64,000 nt of DNA from Methanomassiliicoccaceae archaeon. Lineage in GTDB: Archaea > Thermoplasmatota > Thermoplasmata > Methanomassiliicoccales > Methanomethylophilaceae. Of the stretch, positions 17,516 to 26,949 are shown piece by piece. A program made the position numbers and the translations under genes. The stretch spans positions 1,821-65,820 of the forward strand of contig WRJJ01000002.1 of the NCBI GenBank assembly GCA_009778575.1, read 5' to 3'. Numbering within the stretch: the stretch's first letter is position 1; every line of letters begins with the position of its first letter. The notes beneath the pieces are model-generated. The model did not search any database. It worked only from the letters and a program-made list of their open reading frames with translations, and was not told where the DNA came from.

Positions 17516-18342
17516 CCTTTCTCCACCGTCTTTATGATGCTGCCTACTATCTGTTTGAACGCAGCCGCAGATCTGGAATCCGGCTCGGATATCACAACGG
17601 GCATCCCGGAGTCACCGGAGACCGCCACGCCGGGTTCAAGAGGAACCCTTCCCAAGAACGGTATGTTCAGGCTTTCCGCGGCCTTTTCTCCTCCGCCCGA
17701 CCCGAATATCTCGGTCACCTCACCGCAGTGGGGGCAGACGAATCCGCTCATGTTCTCGATCAGACCGATGATGGGAAGCTTTGTCTGTGTTGCAAAGCTG
17801 ATGGACTTCCTGCTGTCAAGCACCGCAACGTCCTGAGGCGTCGTAACGATCACCGCCCCGTCCGCTTTCGGTATGAGTTGGACGATGGACATGGCCTCAT
17901 CGCCGGTCCCGGGAGGCATATCGACTATCAGATAATCCAGGTCTCCCCATTCCACATCCTCGATGAACTGCCGTATCGCGCTTGCCTTCATCGGGCCTCT
18001 CCACATCACCGCCGAATCCTTCTCCGGAAGCAGGAACGCCATTGACATTATGCTCAGGGAAGGGGGCACCGATATCGGTATCAGCTTGTCGCCCTCCGCA
18101 TAAAGTTTCTCATCCTCAATGCGGAACATCTTCGGTATGTTGGGGCCCGTGATGTCGATGTCCATGAGGCCTGTCCGGTATCCTTTCAGCGAGAGGGCAA
18201 GAGCCAGATTGGATGATACAGTGCTCTTCCCTACGCCCCCTTTCCCGCTCATGACGATGATCACATGCCCGATCCTGGAAAGGCTGTCCTGCAGCCGCGT
18301 GTCTCTGACGATATCTTCGCCGCTCATCATTGGTTTAGGCAT
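17512..18342 (-). CDS. Mrp/NBP35/ApbC-family Fe-S cluster carrier ATPase
   Basis: 276 aa with the deviant Walker A SGKGGVGKST and a CPHCG motif. It overlaps the NifX-like gene by 4 nt. Confidence 0.88.
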   Translation of the reverse strand: MPKPMMSGEDIVRDTRLQDSLSRIGHVIIVMSGKGGVGKSTVSSNLALALSLKGYRTGLMDIDITGPNIPKMFRIEDEKLYAEGDKLIPISVPPSLSIMSMAFLLPEKDSAVMWRGPMKASAIRQFIEDVEWGDLDYLIVDMPPGTGDEAMSIVQLIPKADGAVIVTTPQDVAVLDSRKSISFATQTKLPIIGLIENMSGFVCPHCGEVTEIFGSGGGEKAAESLNIPFLGRVPLEPGVAVSGDSGMPVVISEPDSRSAAAFKQIVGSIIKTVEKG

Positions 18343-18415
18343 TTGGCATTTCTCCGCATAACGTGATTGTTCGTTCCGATATAGGGTTATCGGAGCAAAA
18401 ACAACATTTGGGGAT

Positions 18416-19561
18416 TTAGCCCCTCAGTATCTCCATTATTCTATCGGCGACGTAGACCCTGTTCCTTGACTTTCCTGAGACCTCTCGGATAACTCCGCGG
18501 CTGTGCAGTTCTCCCAAAATGAAATTCGCAGTGGTTAGGGATAATCCGAGTGCGTCCCTCACATCCGTACTGCGGACGTATGGATTTTTAAACAGCAGGC
18601 CCACCGCTCGAACGATGTTGAGGTTGCTTTCATCTTCTGTGAGCATTTTGCGGTAACTCTTAAGCCGGCCTATGGTCTTCATGGAGGACATTGCTTGAAT
18701 GCGGACCGCTTCGGCAAAGAAGCAGAGCCACTCTGCAAACGCATCCTTGGAAGCAACGTCAAAGAGGCCGTCAATGTATTTTTCGCGGTGCCTGTTGAAG
18801 TAATCGCTCGGGTACAGTACAGGCGATCTGAGCAATCCGTCAGAGTAAATGATCAGGACAATCAGAAGCCTCCCCATTCTGCCGTTACCATCTCTGAAGG
18901 GGTGTATGGACTCGAACTGACAATGCGAGATCGCTGCCTTTTCGATCGTCTCCACATCTGTGGAATTCACATATTCGATCCAGTTTTCCATCAGCCTCTC
19001 TACCGATTCGGGACAGGCGGGTACCATTTTTGCGGTCTCCAACGTATCTCCGGCGGTGCCGATCGCATTCTGAGTTGTTTTGAATTCTCCCGGCGAAAGG
19101 GTTGAACCTCTGTCATTGGACATAAGGGTCCTGTGGAGTCTTTTTATGAGTTCGATCGAGATCTTCTCTCCGCCTCTCAAGGCTTCGAAGCCTTCGATGA
19201 GCGCTTTCTTGTAGCTCATAACCTCGCCGTTGTCTCTTGCCCTCTCTGCATCCTTCTCTTCGAATCTCTCAGAACGAAAGAGATCGTCCAGTGTGGATCT
19301 GGTGCCTTCAATGGACGAACTCGATGCGGATTCCATCAGCGTGAATGCAGTCAGAAGTATCTCGGATTCCTCAGCGTCCATCTGAGAGGTCATACCGTCA
19401 AGCCTCGCCAGTTCGATAGCCGCTTTCGAAAGAGCCAGATGCGTTCTGCGATCAATGTCCGCTTTCAGAGGAAGTTCGTGGGGATGAAAGTAACAATATG
19501 CTCCGTTCATTGCCCACCTGACTTCGCCGGCAATGGTTCCCTCGAAATCCTTCTCGTTCAT
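18416..19561 (-). CDS. Fic-family protein (AMPylase-type) with intramolecular inhibitory helix and C-terminal wHTH
   Basis: 381 aa. It has the Fic motif HPFRDGNGRMGRLL and, upstream of it, an SSSIEGT match to the (S/T)xxxE(G/N) inhibitory motif. Confidence 0.88.
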   Translation of the reverse strand: MNEKDFEGTIAGEVRWAMNGAYCYFHPHELPLKADIDRRTHLALSKAAIELARLDGMTSQMDAEESEILLTAFTLMESASSSSIEGTRSTLDDLFRSERFEEKDAERARDNGEVMSYKKALIEGFEALRGGEKISIELIKRLHRTLMSNDRGSTLSPGEFKTTQNAIGTAGDTLETAKMVPACPESVERLMENWIEYVNSTDVETIEKAAISHCQFESIHPFRDGNGRMGRLLIVLIIYSDGLLRSPVLYPSDYFNRHREKYIDGLFDVASKDAFAEWLCFFAEAVRIQAMSSMKTIGRLKSYRKMLTEDESNLNIVRAVGLLFKNPYVRSTDVRDALGLSLTTANFILGELHSRGVIREVSGKSRNRVYVADRIMEILRG

Positions 19562-19761
19562 ATGTTAGAAATAAGATAAAACAATATAAGTTTTTCTTTT
19601 TAAAATTTTAATTAGATAAAAAATTAGCATAATTTTTATTTAATTTTTTAATTAGATAAGCAATTGGCAGAAAATTTATTTAACGCATTTTTTAGCAAAG
19701 CCAACTTGCTTAAAAATACTGTAACGAAAGCAAATCGATCTTTTTTGTTCTTAATGGTGGG
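19562..19761. promoter_or_regulatory. extremely AT-rich intergenic region with a 14-bp direct repeat (TTTTAATTAGATAA at 19606 and 19646)
   Basis: The region lies directly upstream of the Fic start codon (19561, minus strand). The two identical 14-mers are 40 bp apart, and there are several TATA-like stretches. Confidence 0.6.
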
Positions 19762-20424
19762 TCATAACCTCTTTTTCAGTTTAGCGATCCTGCTCTTCCC
19801 GGCCTCGGACAGCTCTCCCTCCCGTGCATCCAAGGCTTTAACGAATGCCTCTTTGCTTTTAGGGTCTATGCAGACCGCGATCCGTTCCGCATGCTGCGGT
19901 ATCTCCTTCGCTCTGCAATTCGCAAGATGGTCGAGCAGGATAGGGAACACGGTTGCCCGATAATCATCGTCCGCATTACAAAGATGGGCAAAGACGCTGA
20001 TGCTGTTGTCTATCGTGATAACGCTCCCTTTCCTGTACGCGGCGACGATCTCCGGCAAACGGCCGAACACCGTCTCCGGGCGTACGGGGGTGACGTATGC
20101 CAAGGCGGTCATGCATCCCCAGACGATCCGGTTGTTCTTGCTCGATAATGATGCGATGAGGTCCTCGGTATGGTCCGCGATCAATTCCGGTTCTCTTTGA
20201 CCTACCTCATACAGCACCTTTATGCAATCGTCGGCCACCGCCCGATCCTTCGATCCCAATCCCTCTGCGATCTCGCGCACCCCTTCCTTGTCCATGCTGC
20301 TGCATAATCTTTCCGCAAGTTCGATATTGGGGGCCTCGTCATTCCGGCCGAGGCTGCAGGCCAGCAACTCTATCATATGAGCGATCTCCCGTTGTGCCGT
20401 TCTCAATCGAAGCAGTTCTCCCAC
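19762..20424 (-). CDS. HEAT/ARM-repeat-like helical protein, hypothetical
   Basis: 220 aa with an all-helical repeat-like sequence. It overlaps the upstream zinc-ribbon gene by 22 nt. Confidence 0.45.
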   Translation of the reverse strand: MGELLRLRTAQREIAHMIELLACSLGRNDEAPNIELAERLCSSMDKEGVREIAEGLGSKDRAVADDCIKVLYEVGQREPELIADHTEDLIASLSSKNNRIVWGCMTALAYVTPVRPETVFGRLPEIVAAYRKGSVITIDNSISVFAHLCNADDDYRATVFPILLDHLANCRAKEIPQHAERIAVCIDPKSKEAFVKALDAREGELSEAGKSRIAKLKKRL

Positions 20425-20648
20425 GCGGGAAGTTTTCTCATCATGGACAGGGCCGCGCTTTCGGCCGCTTCGGCGGCCAGCCCTTGGGTCTTGATGATGA
20501 AGTTGGTCAAACTTTCCTTTTTCTCGTCAAACGACTGCATCGTGCCGTCAGGGCGGGCGCAATAGACGCAATAATCCTTGCTCTCGTCGCACATTGCGAA
20601 GTCAGACGCGTTCTTCATGGGCATGCCGCATGCTATACAGTTCTTCAT
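20403..20648 (-). CDS. small zinc-ribbon protein
   Basis: 81 aa with CIACGMP ... CVYC. It overlaps the TetR gene stop by 4 nt. Confidence 0.6.
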   Translation of the reverse strand: MKNCIACGMPMKNASDFAMCDESKDYCVYCARPDGTMQSFDEKKESLTNFIIKTQGLAAEAAESAALSMMRKLPAWENCFD

Positions 20649-21244
20649 TTCTTTACCTCTTTTTCATTTTTTATCAGTGTCAAAAAACACTCTATAAGGG
20701 AGTCTTTATACTGTGCCAGCACCGAACCGCGCGGTGCGAACAGATCGCTGTTAAGAAGATAATAATGGACCAATCCCATCCACGTGTTGAATATCATATG
20801 GAAAGGCACATCCTTTATTCTCTCTTCGTTCATGTCTTTCTCCAGCGCATGTAAGAAGTGGATCGATACGGTCGACTGTATGGCGATGAACGCGTTCCTC
20901 GCTTCTTCAGGCAGGTACACCGCTTCCTTTATCAGGCGTTTGTAAAAATCCTCATGCTTTATCAGCACACCTATGTGCATCTCCAAGAGGGATGCGATGT
21001 CGTTGCCGGGATCGGAAAGCGAATGCAATTCTTTCTTTATTTCATCTGAAAAGCTTTCCAGAGAACATATCAGAAGATCGTCAACGGTGGGGAAATGAAC
21101 GAATATCGATCCGTGCGAGACCTGCGCCTCGTTGGCAATGGCGATGGTCGGAGTAGAAAAACCGTTCTCCGAATATACCTTCAGCGCTGCGGCTGTGATC
21201 CTCTCTTTGGTTTGAGCTTTTTGTAACTGCCGTTTCTCCGCCAT
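20645..21244 (-). CDS. TetR/AcrR-family transcriptional regulator
   Basis: 199 aa with an N-terminal HTH, RITAAALKVYSENGFSTPTIAIANEAQVSHGSIFVHFPT. Confidence 0.88.
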   Translation of the reverse strand: MAEKRQLQKAQTKERITAAALKVYSENGFSTPTIAIANEAQVSHGSIFVHFPTVDDLLICSLESFSDEIKKELHSLSDPGNDIASLLEMHIGVLIKHEDFYKRLIKEAVYLPEEARNAFIAIQSTVSIHFLHALEKDMNEERIKDVPFHMIFNTWMGLVHYYLLNSDLFAPRGSVLAQYKDSLIECFLTLIKNEKEVKK

Positions 21245-21369
21245 TTAATGACTCTCAACTCAATGAGTGAATACTCAATATATCAACCTTCCGATGAGAA
21301 TGGGCGGAATGCACAGCCTGATCGGTATATCTCAGGCATTTACGGTTCGAGGTTGATCCGTCGATCACT

Positions 21370-22269
21370 TTATTCAGTCAACGGCGGTTCGCCGATATCT
21401 CCCTGTATTCGGCTGATCATCTTCTGCGCCGGATAATCGGGGTGGGCGTATCTCGACTTGGTCAATTCCCTGTCCTTGAAAAGAATGGCGTTCTGCGGGC
21501 AATACTGTATACAGGCCATGCAGCGATTGCACTTGTGTTGGAACAAAGGCGTTTTGCCATCCATCAGGATGTTGTCCGCCTGACATACCTTTTGACAAAC
21601 ACCGCATCCCGTACATTTGACGCTGATGCCGTAGTCCATGTCCCCGCCGGAAGTATCCCCGAGGACCTTACGCGAGGATGAAAACGACAGCAGGCGGTTC
21701 ACGCCGTAAATGAAAGGATTGCTCCGTTCCACAAAGTTCCTGTTCTCTTTTATCTCTCCGGCATACAAACGTACTTTTTCATGCATAGCATGTAAAACTC
21801 TTTCCTGTTTTTCTCCGGAAGTGCCCCTATAGTACCCGGCCACAATATAGTTGTTGATGCCTTTTGTGTACCTGCCGTAATTCAGCCTTTTGCCTTTTTG
21901 CCGAAGTTCTCTCTGGAGGAATTTCAAGCTGTAGCCCTGACCGCCCCCGGCGGGAACAATGGCGAATACATAATGGACGTTCTCCATATCCAGCTCCCGT
22001 ATGAACGTCCGCACGGCCTCCGGTATGCCGCCGAAATAGTTCGGAAAAACGAAGCCGATCTTTTCCGAACCCGCTTTGATAATTCCGGATGATCTTTGTA
22101 ATAGCTCGGGGATCAGCTCGACTGTCGTGTCGCCGAGAATGTCCAGCACCCGATCCGAGATGGAAAGCGCCGTACCCGTTCCGCTGAATGTGTAGATGCA
22201 GGTCTTCACAGTCTTTTTACCGATCTCCGTTTGCAACTGATCTTCCATATCTAAAAAGAATGGTTTCAT
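21370..22269 (-). CDS. flavodoxin-like / 2x[4Fe-4S] ferredoxin fusion (EFR1-type)
   Basis: 299 aa. It has an N-terminal flavodoxin-like fold (IYTFSGTGT) and C-terminal CTGCGVCQKVC and CNRCMACIQYC cluster motifs. Confidence 0.75.
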   Translation of the reverse strand: MKPFFLDMEDQLQTEIGKKTVKTCIYTFSGTGTALSISDRVLDILGDTTVELIPELLQRSSGIIKAGSEKIGFVFPNYFGGIPEAVRTFIRELDMENVHYVFAIVPAGGGQGYSLKFLQRELRQKGKRLNYGRYTKGINNYIVAGYYRGTSGEKQERVLHAMHEKVRLYAGEIKENRNFVERSNPFIYGVNRLLSFSSSRKVLGDTSGGDMDYGISVKCTGCGVCQKVCQADNILMDGKTPLFQHKCNRCMACIQYCPQNAILFKDRELTKSRYAHPDYPAQKMISRIQGDIGEPPLTE

Positions 22270-22380
22270 TCTTAAATATATACTGTTTTTTGATCCCCCT
22301 TCGGTCTGAGCCGAGATCTGTGCGGGCTATGCCCGCACCGAAGACACCTTACCGCCGATACCGATAAATCCGAAAAAGCC

Positions 22381-22794
22381 GTGATGCAGCATATGCCAAT
22401 AGGTGACCCGTGCGGCGGTAATTTTTGCTACACAGACGAGGGGCTGCCCGAGTCCATTTTCATGGCCGCCGTTCCCTGCAAAGATATCGGGCGGGCATTA
22501 TCGTTCTACAATGGTCTTCTGGGAATGGACATCCTCTACAGAAAAGAGAAAGAGGCGGCGGTGAGAAGGAACGGCGCAACGCTCCTTCTCAGGATATCGG
22601 ACGCTGCGGGAACGGATACGGGGATCTTCCTCGGAGTGGAGAACCCGTACGAACTTCATAGGCGTCTTGTCGACGAAGGAGTGGTGTTCGTAAAGGAACC
22701 GCACAGGGCCCCGCTGGGAGTATTCACCTCATTCTTGGACCTCGACGGCAACATCATACATGCGATCGAGATGGAGGCAACCTTGAAAGTATGA
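22381..22794 (+). CDS. VOC/glyoxalase-family protein
   Basis: It has PCKDIGRALSFYNGLLGM and a C-terminal FLDLDGNIIH, typical of VOC domains. The true start is probably the Met at 22462. Confidence 0.7.
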   Translation: MMQHMPIGDPCGGNFCYTDEGLPESIFMAAVPCKDIGRALSFYNGLLGMDILYRKEKEAAVRRNGATLLLRISDAAGTDTGIFLGVENPYELHRRLVDEGVVFVKEPHRAPLGVFTSFLDLDGNIIHAIEMEATLKV

Positions 22795-22833
22795 GTCAAA
22801 AACGTTTTATCCCGAACTCTGCATCAGTACGCT

Positions 22834-23412
22834 ATGAAGGTCATCGCCCTCAACGGCAGCCCGAGACTGATCGGCAACACGACGAACATACTCATAGAGG
22901 TGTCAGACGAGTTGGAGAAAGAGGGAATCGAAATGGAGCAGATCCAATTGTACTCGGTGGCGCTGACGCCCTGCAACGACTGCAGGTCGTGCGAGATCAG
23001 AGGGGACGGGAGATGCATCCTCGAGGACGACGGCCTGAATGATATCGTTGATAAGATGAGGGAGGCGGACGGAGTGATCCTGGCATCCCCTTGTTATTAC
23101 GGTGCGTGCTCCTCGCAGATGAAGATATTCCTGGAAAGGGCGGGAATGATCCTGGAGAAAGGAGATAAAGGATTGAAAAGAAAGGTCGGCGGAGCAATCG
23201 TCGTGAACGCCCGCGAAGGGGGTTCGATGGTCTATTCCCAATTGGTGCACTGGATGCTGGGCAACCAGATGATCGTATGCGGCGGAGCTCCCGCACCGGT
23301 GGTCACCGCCCTCAATTCTCCCCAATATCAAAATGATAAAGAGGGAATGAAGGGGGTCATCTCCCTCGTGAAGGAGATGGCGTGGGCGATCGCAGCCATG
23401 AACGGATCCTGA
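22834..23412 (+). CDS. iron-sulfur flavoprotein / NADPH-dependent FMN reductase family
   Basis: 192 aa with MKVIALNGSPR and a compact Cys motif, CNDCRSCEIRGDGRC (C-x2-C-x2-C-x7-C), as in Isf proteins. Confidence 0.8.
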   Translation: MKVIALNGSPRLIGNTTNILIEVSDELEKEGIEMEQIQLYSVALTPCNDCRSCEIRGDGRCILEDDGLNDIVDKMREADGVILASPCYYGACSSQMKIFLERAGMILEKGDKGLKRKVGGAIVVNAREGGSMVYSQLVHWMLGNQMIVCGGAPAPVVTALNSPQYQNDKEGMKGVISLVKEMAWAIAAMNGS

Positions 23413-24135
23413 TCAGAAGAAATAGAACCCGCAGCCCTCGCTTACCGAGATGCCCGCTACGGCATTCATGCGCTCCAAGGGCCCGCTGTAGCGTCTGACC
23501 ATCATCTTGCCCTCTTCGGGAAGCGCTTCCGTCAATAACTCGATCTCTTTCAAAAGGACCTTTGCGTCATCCGGGGTGTATATCCTGCCGCTGCTGACGC
23601 CTTCCGGTACGGAAGCGACGATCTTGCAGCCTCTCTTCTCCGCTATTCCGGGAAGAAGGCTGTCGCTTGGTCCGAAGGACCCTATGCATCCCCTTCCTTT
23701 GTCCCAGGACAATTTGCATTTCAGGCACATCTCGTTCATCTCATCGAAGGACAGCATGTCCCATCCCGTGAGACGGTTCTCTTTTTTGGAGGCCGACAGC
23801 ACCTTCTCTTTATCGGCGCCTTTGACCTTATCCATTTCCACCCAGCCGGTACTGGTCCTCACGGCCTTTGGCCCGAGGAGCTTGATGTCCGCATCGTCCT
23901 TCAGCTTGTCCATGTAAACGGCATCGGTCTCGGCGTTGATCCTGTTCCTTTTCAGGAAGGAATCCCAGTCGCCCACAAGGGACCTCGCGTCCTCAAGAGA
24001 AACGATGTCATCGTATCCGGCCAGGCTCTCCATGCCGGAAATGTCGTCCACGCGCACCTTTATAACATTCATTCTAAGTTCTCTGCACAGTGCGCTCTTG
24101 GCGTCCGTTTCACATATTCCGATGCTTATTCCCAT
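23413..24135 (-). CDS. hypothetical protein
   Basis: 240 aa with no recognised motif except a CLKC...GC patch. Its stop abuts the convergent Isf stop (TGATCA). Confidence 0.45.
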   Translation of the reverse strand: MGISIGICETDAKSALCRELRMNVIKVRVDDISGMESLAGYDDIVSLEDARSLVGDWDSFLKRNRINAETDAVYMDKLKDDADIKLLGPKAVRTSTGWVEMDKVKGADKEKVLSASKKENRLTGWDMLSFDEMNEMCLKCKLSWDKGRGCIGSFGPSDSLLPGIAEKRGCKIVASVPEGVSSGRIYTPDDAKVLLKEIELLTEALPEEGKMMVRRYSGPLERMNAVAGISVSEGCGFYFF

Positions 24136-24215
24136 TTCCTGCTCTCTCCCGTTTAGATATATAGTATGTGCAACAGACTTGCTGGTTTAATACGTTCCGC
24201 TGAAAAGTTCCCCTT

Positions 24216-24659
24216 TCACTGTTTTTTCTGTCCGTCCGTGTGAGCGAACCCCTTTGCCTTACGCTCATCCTGAACCTTTGACCATGCATCAATGCCCTCG
24301 GTTCGGAGCAGATCGTTATCTATTTTTACAAAAGGCAGGCGTTCCAGAAAGCCGGCGATCTTCTCGCAGGGATAACTGCCGCACAGTGCGCACATCTCAA
24401 CCTTCTTTTCCATAGCGCATATCCTGATAGCGCATCCCGGGTGTCCGCCTCTGTCTTTACAGGAGGTGCACGCGCCGTCCTCCGCCATTCCCTTCAGGAA
24501 CGGCCAGAATCCTCCGCCCCCGGGGATAGCATCAATGACCTCTTCAAAACCCGCATCCCTCATTTCTTTGTAGAGAACTCTGGCCGCCGGCTCGACCCTT
24601 GCCTTTACGGCGCAGTTCTCGCAGTAAAGGCCGCAATAGCACATGTATCTCTTATCCAT
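24216..24659 (-). CDS. DUF3795-like Cys-rich protein
   Basis: The sequence MDKRYMCYCGLYCENCAVK ... CTSCKDRGGHPGCAIRIC ... CALCGSYPC matches this family. The ATG at 24659, preceded by GAGGT, is preferred over the ORF-track start at 24722. Confidence 0.65.
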   Translation of the reverse strand: MDKRYMCYCGLYCENCAVKARVEPAARVLYKEMRDAGFEEVIDAIPGGGGFWPFLKGMAEDGACTSCKDRGGHPGCAIRICAMEKKVEMCALCGSYPCEKIAGFLERLPFVKIDNDLLRTEGIDAWSKVQDERKAKGFAHTDGQKKQ

Positions 24660-24787
24660 CTTCTGACCTCTGAGCAATATACGCCGAACGATTATTTCAA
24701 CGATGCCTTTCCGACCGATCATACAGGCCAGAGACGCCGTTCTTCGGGCAAAAGTATGAAAACCGCTAGAGACATGATAGGAGCGAA

Positions 24788-25279
24788 ATGGCAGACATCA
24801 GGATCCGCAAAAGAAAGAGGATGAGGAGCAAGGAGATCAAGGTCATCTCCTCCGAGTTGGAAAAAATTCTGGGGGTGCCCGTATTCACCGAGGACGACCC
24901 CGTCGACATGGCCGAGAGCACGGATTTCGATCTGTTGTTCGTCGGCGGAGATATTTTGGGACTGGTCCTCGCAGGGAGGCCCTTCCTGACGGTAAGAGGC
25001 GTGATAAAGTACAAGCCCGTCAAAAGGTACGTGACCGTCGATATGGGCGCCGTCCCTTTCATAACGAACGGGGCGGACTGCATGGGGCCGGGGATAGTTG
25101 AGGCGGACCCGTCCATAACGGCCGGGGACCTCGTCTGGATAAAGGACATGAGGAACGGGATGCCGCTTGCGGTAGGGGTCTCGGAAAGGAGCGGGGAGGA
25201 ACTAGCTCAGAAGGGTCCCGGCAAGGCGATAAAAAGCATCCACAATGTCGGGGACAAGCTTTGGAAGACCGGAGAGTAA
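24788..25279 (+). CDS. PUA-domain RNA-binding protein (MCT-1/Tma20-like)
   Basis: 163 aa with a C-terminal PUA-like VDMGAVPFITNGADCMGPGIV...GDLVWIKD...PLAVGV. Confidence 0.75.
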   Translation: MADIRIRKRKRMRSKEIKVISSELEKILGVPVFTEDDPVDMAESTDFDLLFVGGDILGLVLAGRPFLTVRGVIKYKPVKRYVTVDMGAVPFITNGADCMGPGIVEADPSITAGDLVWIKDMRNGMPLAVGVSERSGEELAQKGPGKAIKSIHNVGDKLWKTGE

Positions 25280-25282
25280 GGG

Positions 25283-25633
25283 ATGTTCGGCAGAAAGAAA
25301 GATGAGCGGAAGGCAAAGAAGGAGTTCGTCGACCTGAACGATCACAGCGCATCCATGTACGCTCCGTCGGACGCCAGGGTAAAGGTGGTGGAGATGACCT
25401 CCTACCGGGACCTGAAAGCGCTGACGGACATGGCGTACCGGGGGAACATATTGATATTGGATTTCTCAAGATTTGCGGAGGGAGATGCCGCAAAGAAGGA
25501 TATCGCGAAGCATCTTTTGGATGTCGCAAAGGACATCGACGGGGCATTCACCGAAGTTTCCGACAGGCTGATGGTGCTGAGTCCCAGCGGTCTGAGCATA
25601 GACAAATGCAGGATAACATACAAGGAGAAATGA
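25283..25633 (+). CDS. sepF: cell division protein SepF
   Basis: 116 aa with VKVVEMTSYRDLKALTDMAYRGNILILDF...AKDIDGAF...RLMVLSP, the DUF552/SepF core. Confidence 0.75.
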   Translation: MFGRKKDERKAKKEFVDLNDHSASMYAPSDARVKVVEMTSYRDLKALTDMAYRGNILILDFSRFAEGDAAKKDIAKHLLDVAKDIDGAFTEVSDRLMVLSPSGLSIDKCRITYKEK

Positions 25634-26949
25634 GCATGTCCGAGAGGTCCAAGGTGATACACGATCCTGTCCACGGCAGCATCAAAGTGGACGAACCGTT
25701 CCTGACGATCCTGGACAGGCACGAGATGCAGAGGCTCAGGGCGGTGAAGCAGCTGGGACCGGGGAACATGGTCTTTCCGGGGGCGAACCACACAAGGTTC
25801 GAGCATTCTCTGGGAACATATCATCTGGCGGGAAGGATGGCATCCTCGATCGGTCTATCCGGCGAGGATACCGAGGCGGTAAAGGCGGCCGGCCTCCTGC
25901 ACGACATCTGCCACACTCCCTTCTCCCACACCACCGAGGAGATATTCGAGCACGTTTCGGGCATGGACCATATGGAAACCGCCGGCAAACTGATCAAAGG
26001 AGAGATAAGGACGAATCTTGAGAGAGATGACGACCTCTTCGGAGGGATGCCGCCGATATCGGAGATCCTTGAATCGAACGGGATATCGTCGGAGAAGGTC
26101 TGCGGCCTGATCATGTACCCGGAGCAGAGGGAAGATATCCTCGATGCTTTCAGCGATGGAAAAAGGGCGGCGCACTTCTCATCGAGGGATTTCATACACC
26201 AGATCATACACGGACCGGTGGACGCGGACCAAATGGACTATTTAGTAAGGGACGCGCACTATACGGGCGTCACCCACGGGAAGGTGGATGTTGACAGGCT
26301 GATAGGGACGATGAGGGTCAATAACGACCGCATCGTGATCGAGAAAGGAGGGAGGTCAGCCGCCGAAGGCCTGATGGTGGCAAGGTCCCTCATGCACTCA
26401 TCGGTATACTTTCACAGGACCGTCAGGATGATCAAGATGATGCTGATGAAATCAATAGAGGCCTCTTCCATAGATGTGCACAATATCTATCTGTGGAACG
26501 ATGCCGAGCTGATGAGTTGTCTGATCGGAGAGGGTGGAACGCCGTCCAAGATAGCAAGGTCGGTCCAGAACAGGATACTTTACAAAAAGGTCATCACAGT
26601 ATTCAGTGAGGACGCTTCCGATGAGCTTTCCTCACGCCTATCCGAGTTCACATCATATTCAAAAAGAAAACAGCTGGAAGGGGAGATCGCGGACCGCGCC
26701 GGAGTGGACATCTCGAACGTTGTGGTCGATATCCCGCCGAGTTCGATACTTCTCTCGAAGATGAGCATCGGGAAGACAGATGTATCGATACTTGACCCCG
26801 AAGGAAAGGTCAAGTCCCTGACAAGGCTGTCCCCCGTGGCCAAGGCGCTTCAGTCGAGGGACACCTTCGGATGGTCGCTGCTGATAGCTTCTCCCGAAGA
26901 GCACAAGGAAGCGGTGCTGAGAGCCTCTAAAAACATACTCAGCCTTTGA
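25630..26949 (+). CDS. HD-domain phosphohydrolase (dNTP triphosphohydrolase/SAMHD1-like)
   Basis: It has IHDPVHGSI ... RLRAVKQLG ... TRFEHSLGT ... LLHDICHTPFSH ... DADQMDYLVRD. The ATG at 25630 overlaps the sepF TGA. Confidence 0.82.
   Translation: MSMSERSKVIHDPVHGSIKVDEPFLTILDRHEMQRLRAVKQLGPGNMVFPGANHTRFEHSLGTYHLAGRMASSIGLSGEDTEAVKAAGLLHDICHTPFSHTTEEIFEHVSGMDHMETAGKLIKGEIRTNLERDDDLFGGMPPISEILESNGISSEKVCGLIMYPEQREDILDAFSDGKRAAHFSSRDFIHQIIHGPVDADQMDYLVRDAHYTGVTHGKVDVDRLIGTMRVNNDRIVIEKGGRSAAEGLMVARSLMHSSVYFHRTVRMIKMMLMKSIEASSIDVHNIYLWNDAELMSCLIGEGGTPSKIARSVQNRILYKKVITVFSEDASDELSSRLSEFTSYSKRKQLEGEIADRAGVDISNVVVDIPPSSILLSKMSIGKTDVSILDPEGKVKSLTRLSPVAKALQSRDTFGWSLLIASPEEHKEAVLRASKNILSL

Noticed and set aside
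22299-22344. Nested hairpin (GTGCGGGC-TAT-GCCCGCAC inside TTCG/CGAA) between the EFR1-type gene and the VOC gene
   Set aside because: It is real as sequence, but short. It lies in a divergent promoter region with nothing to tie it to a function, so I did not raise it to a finding.
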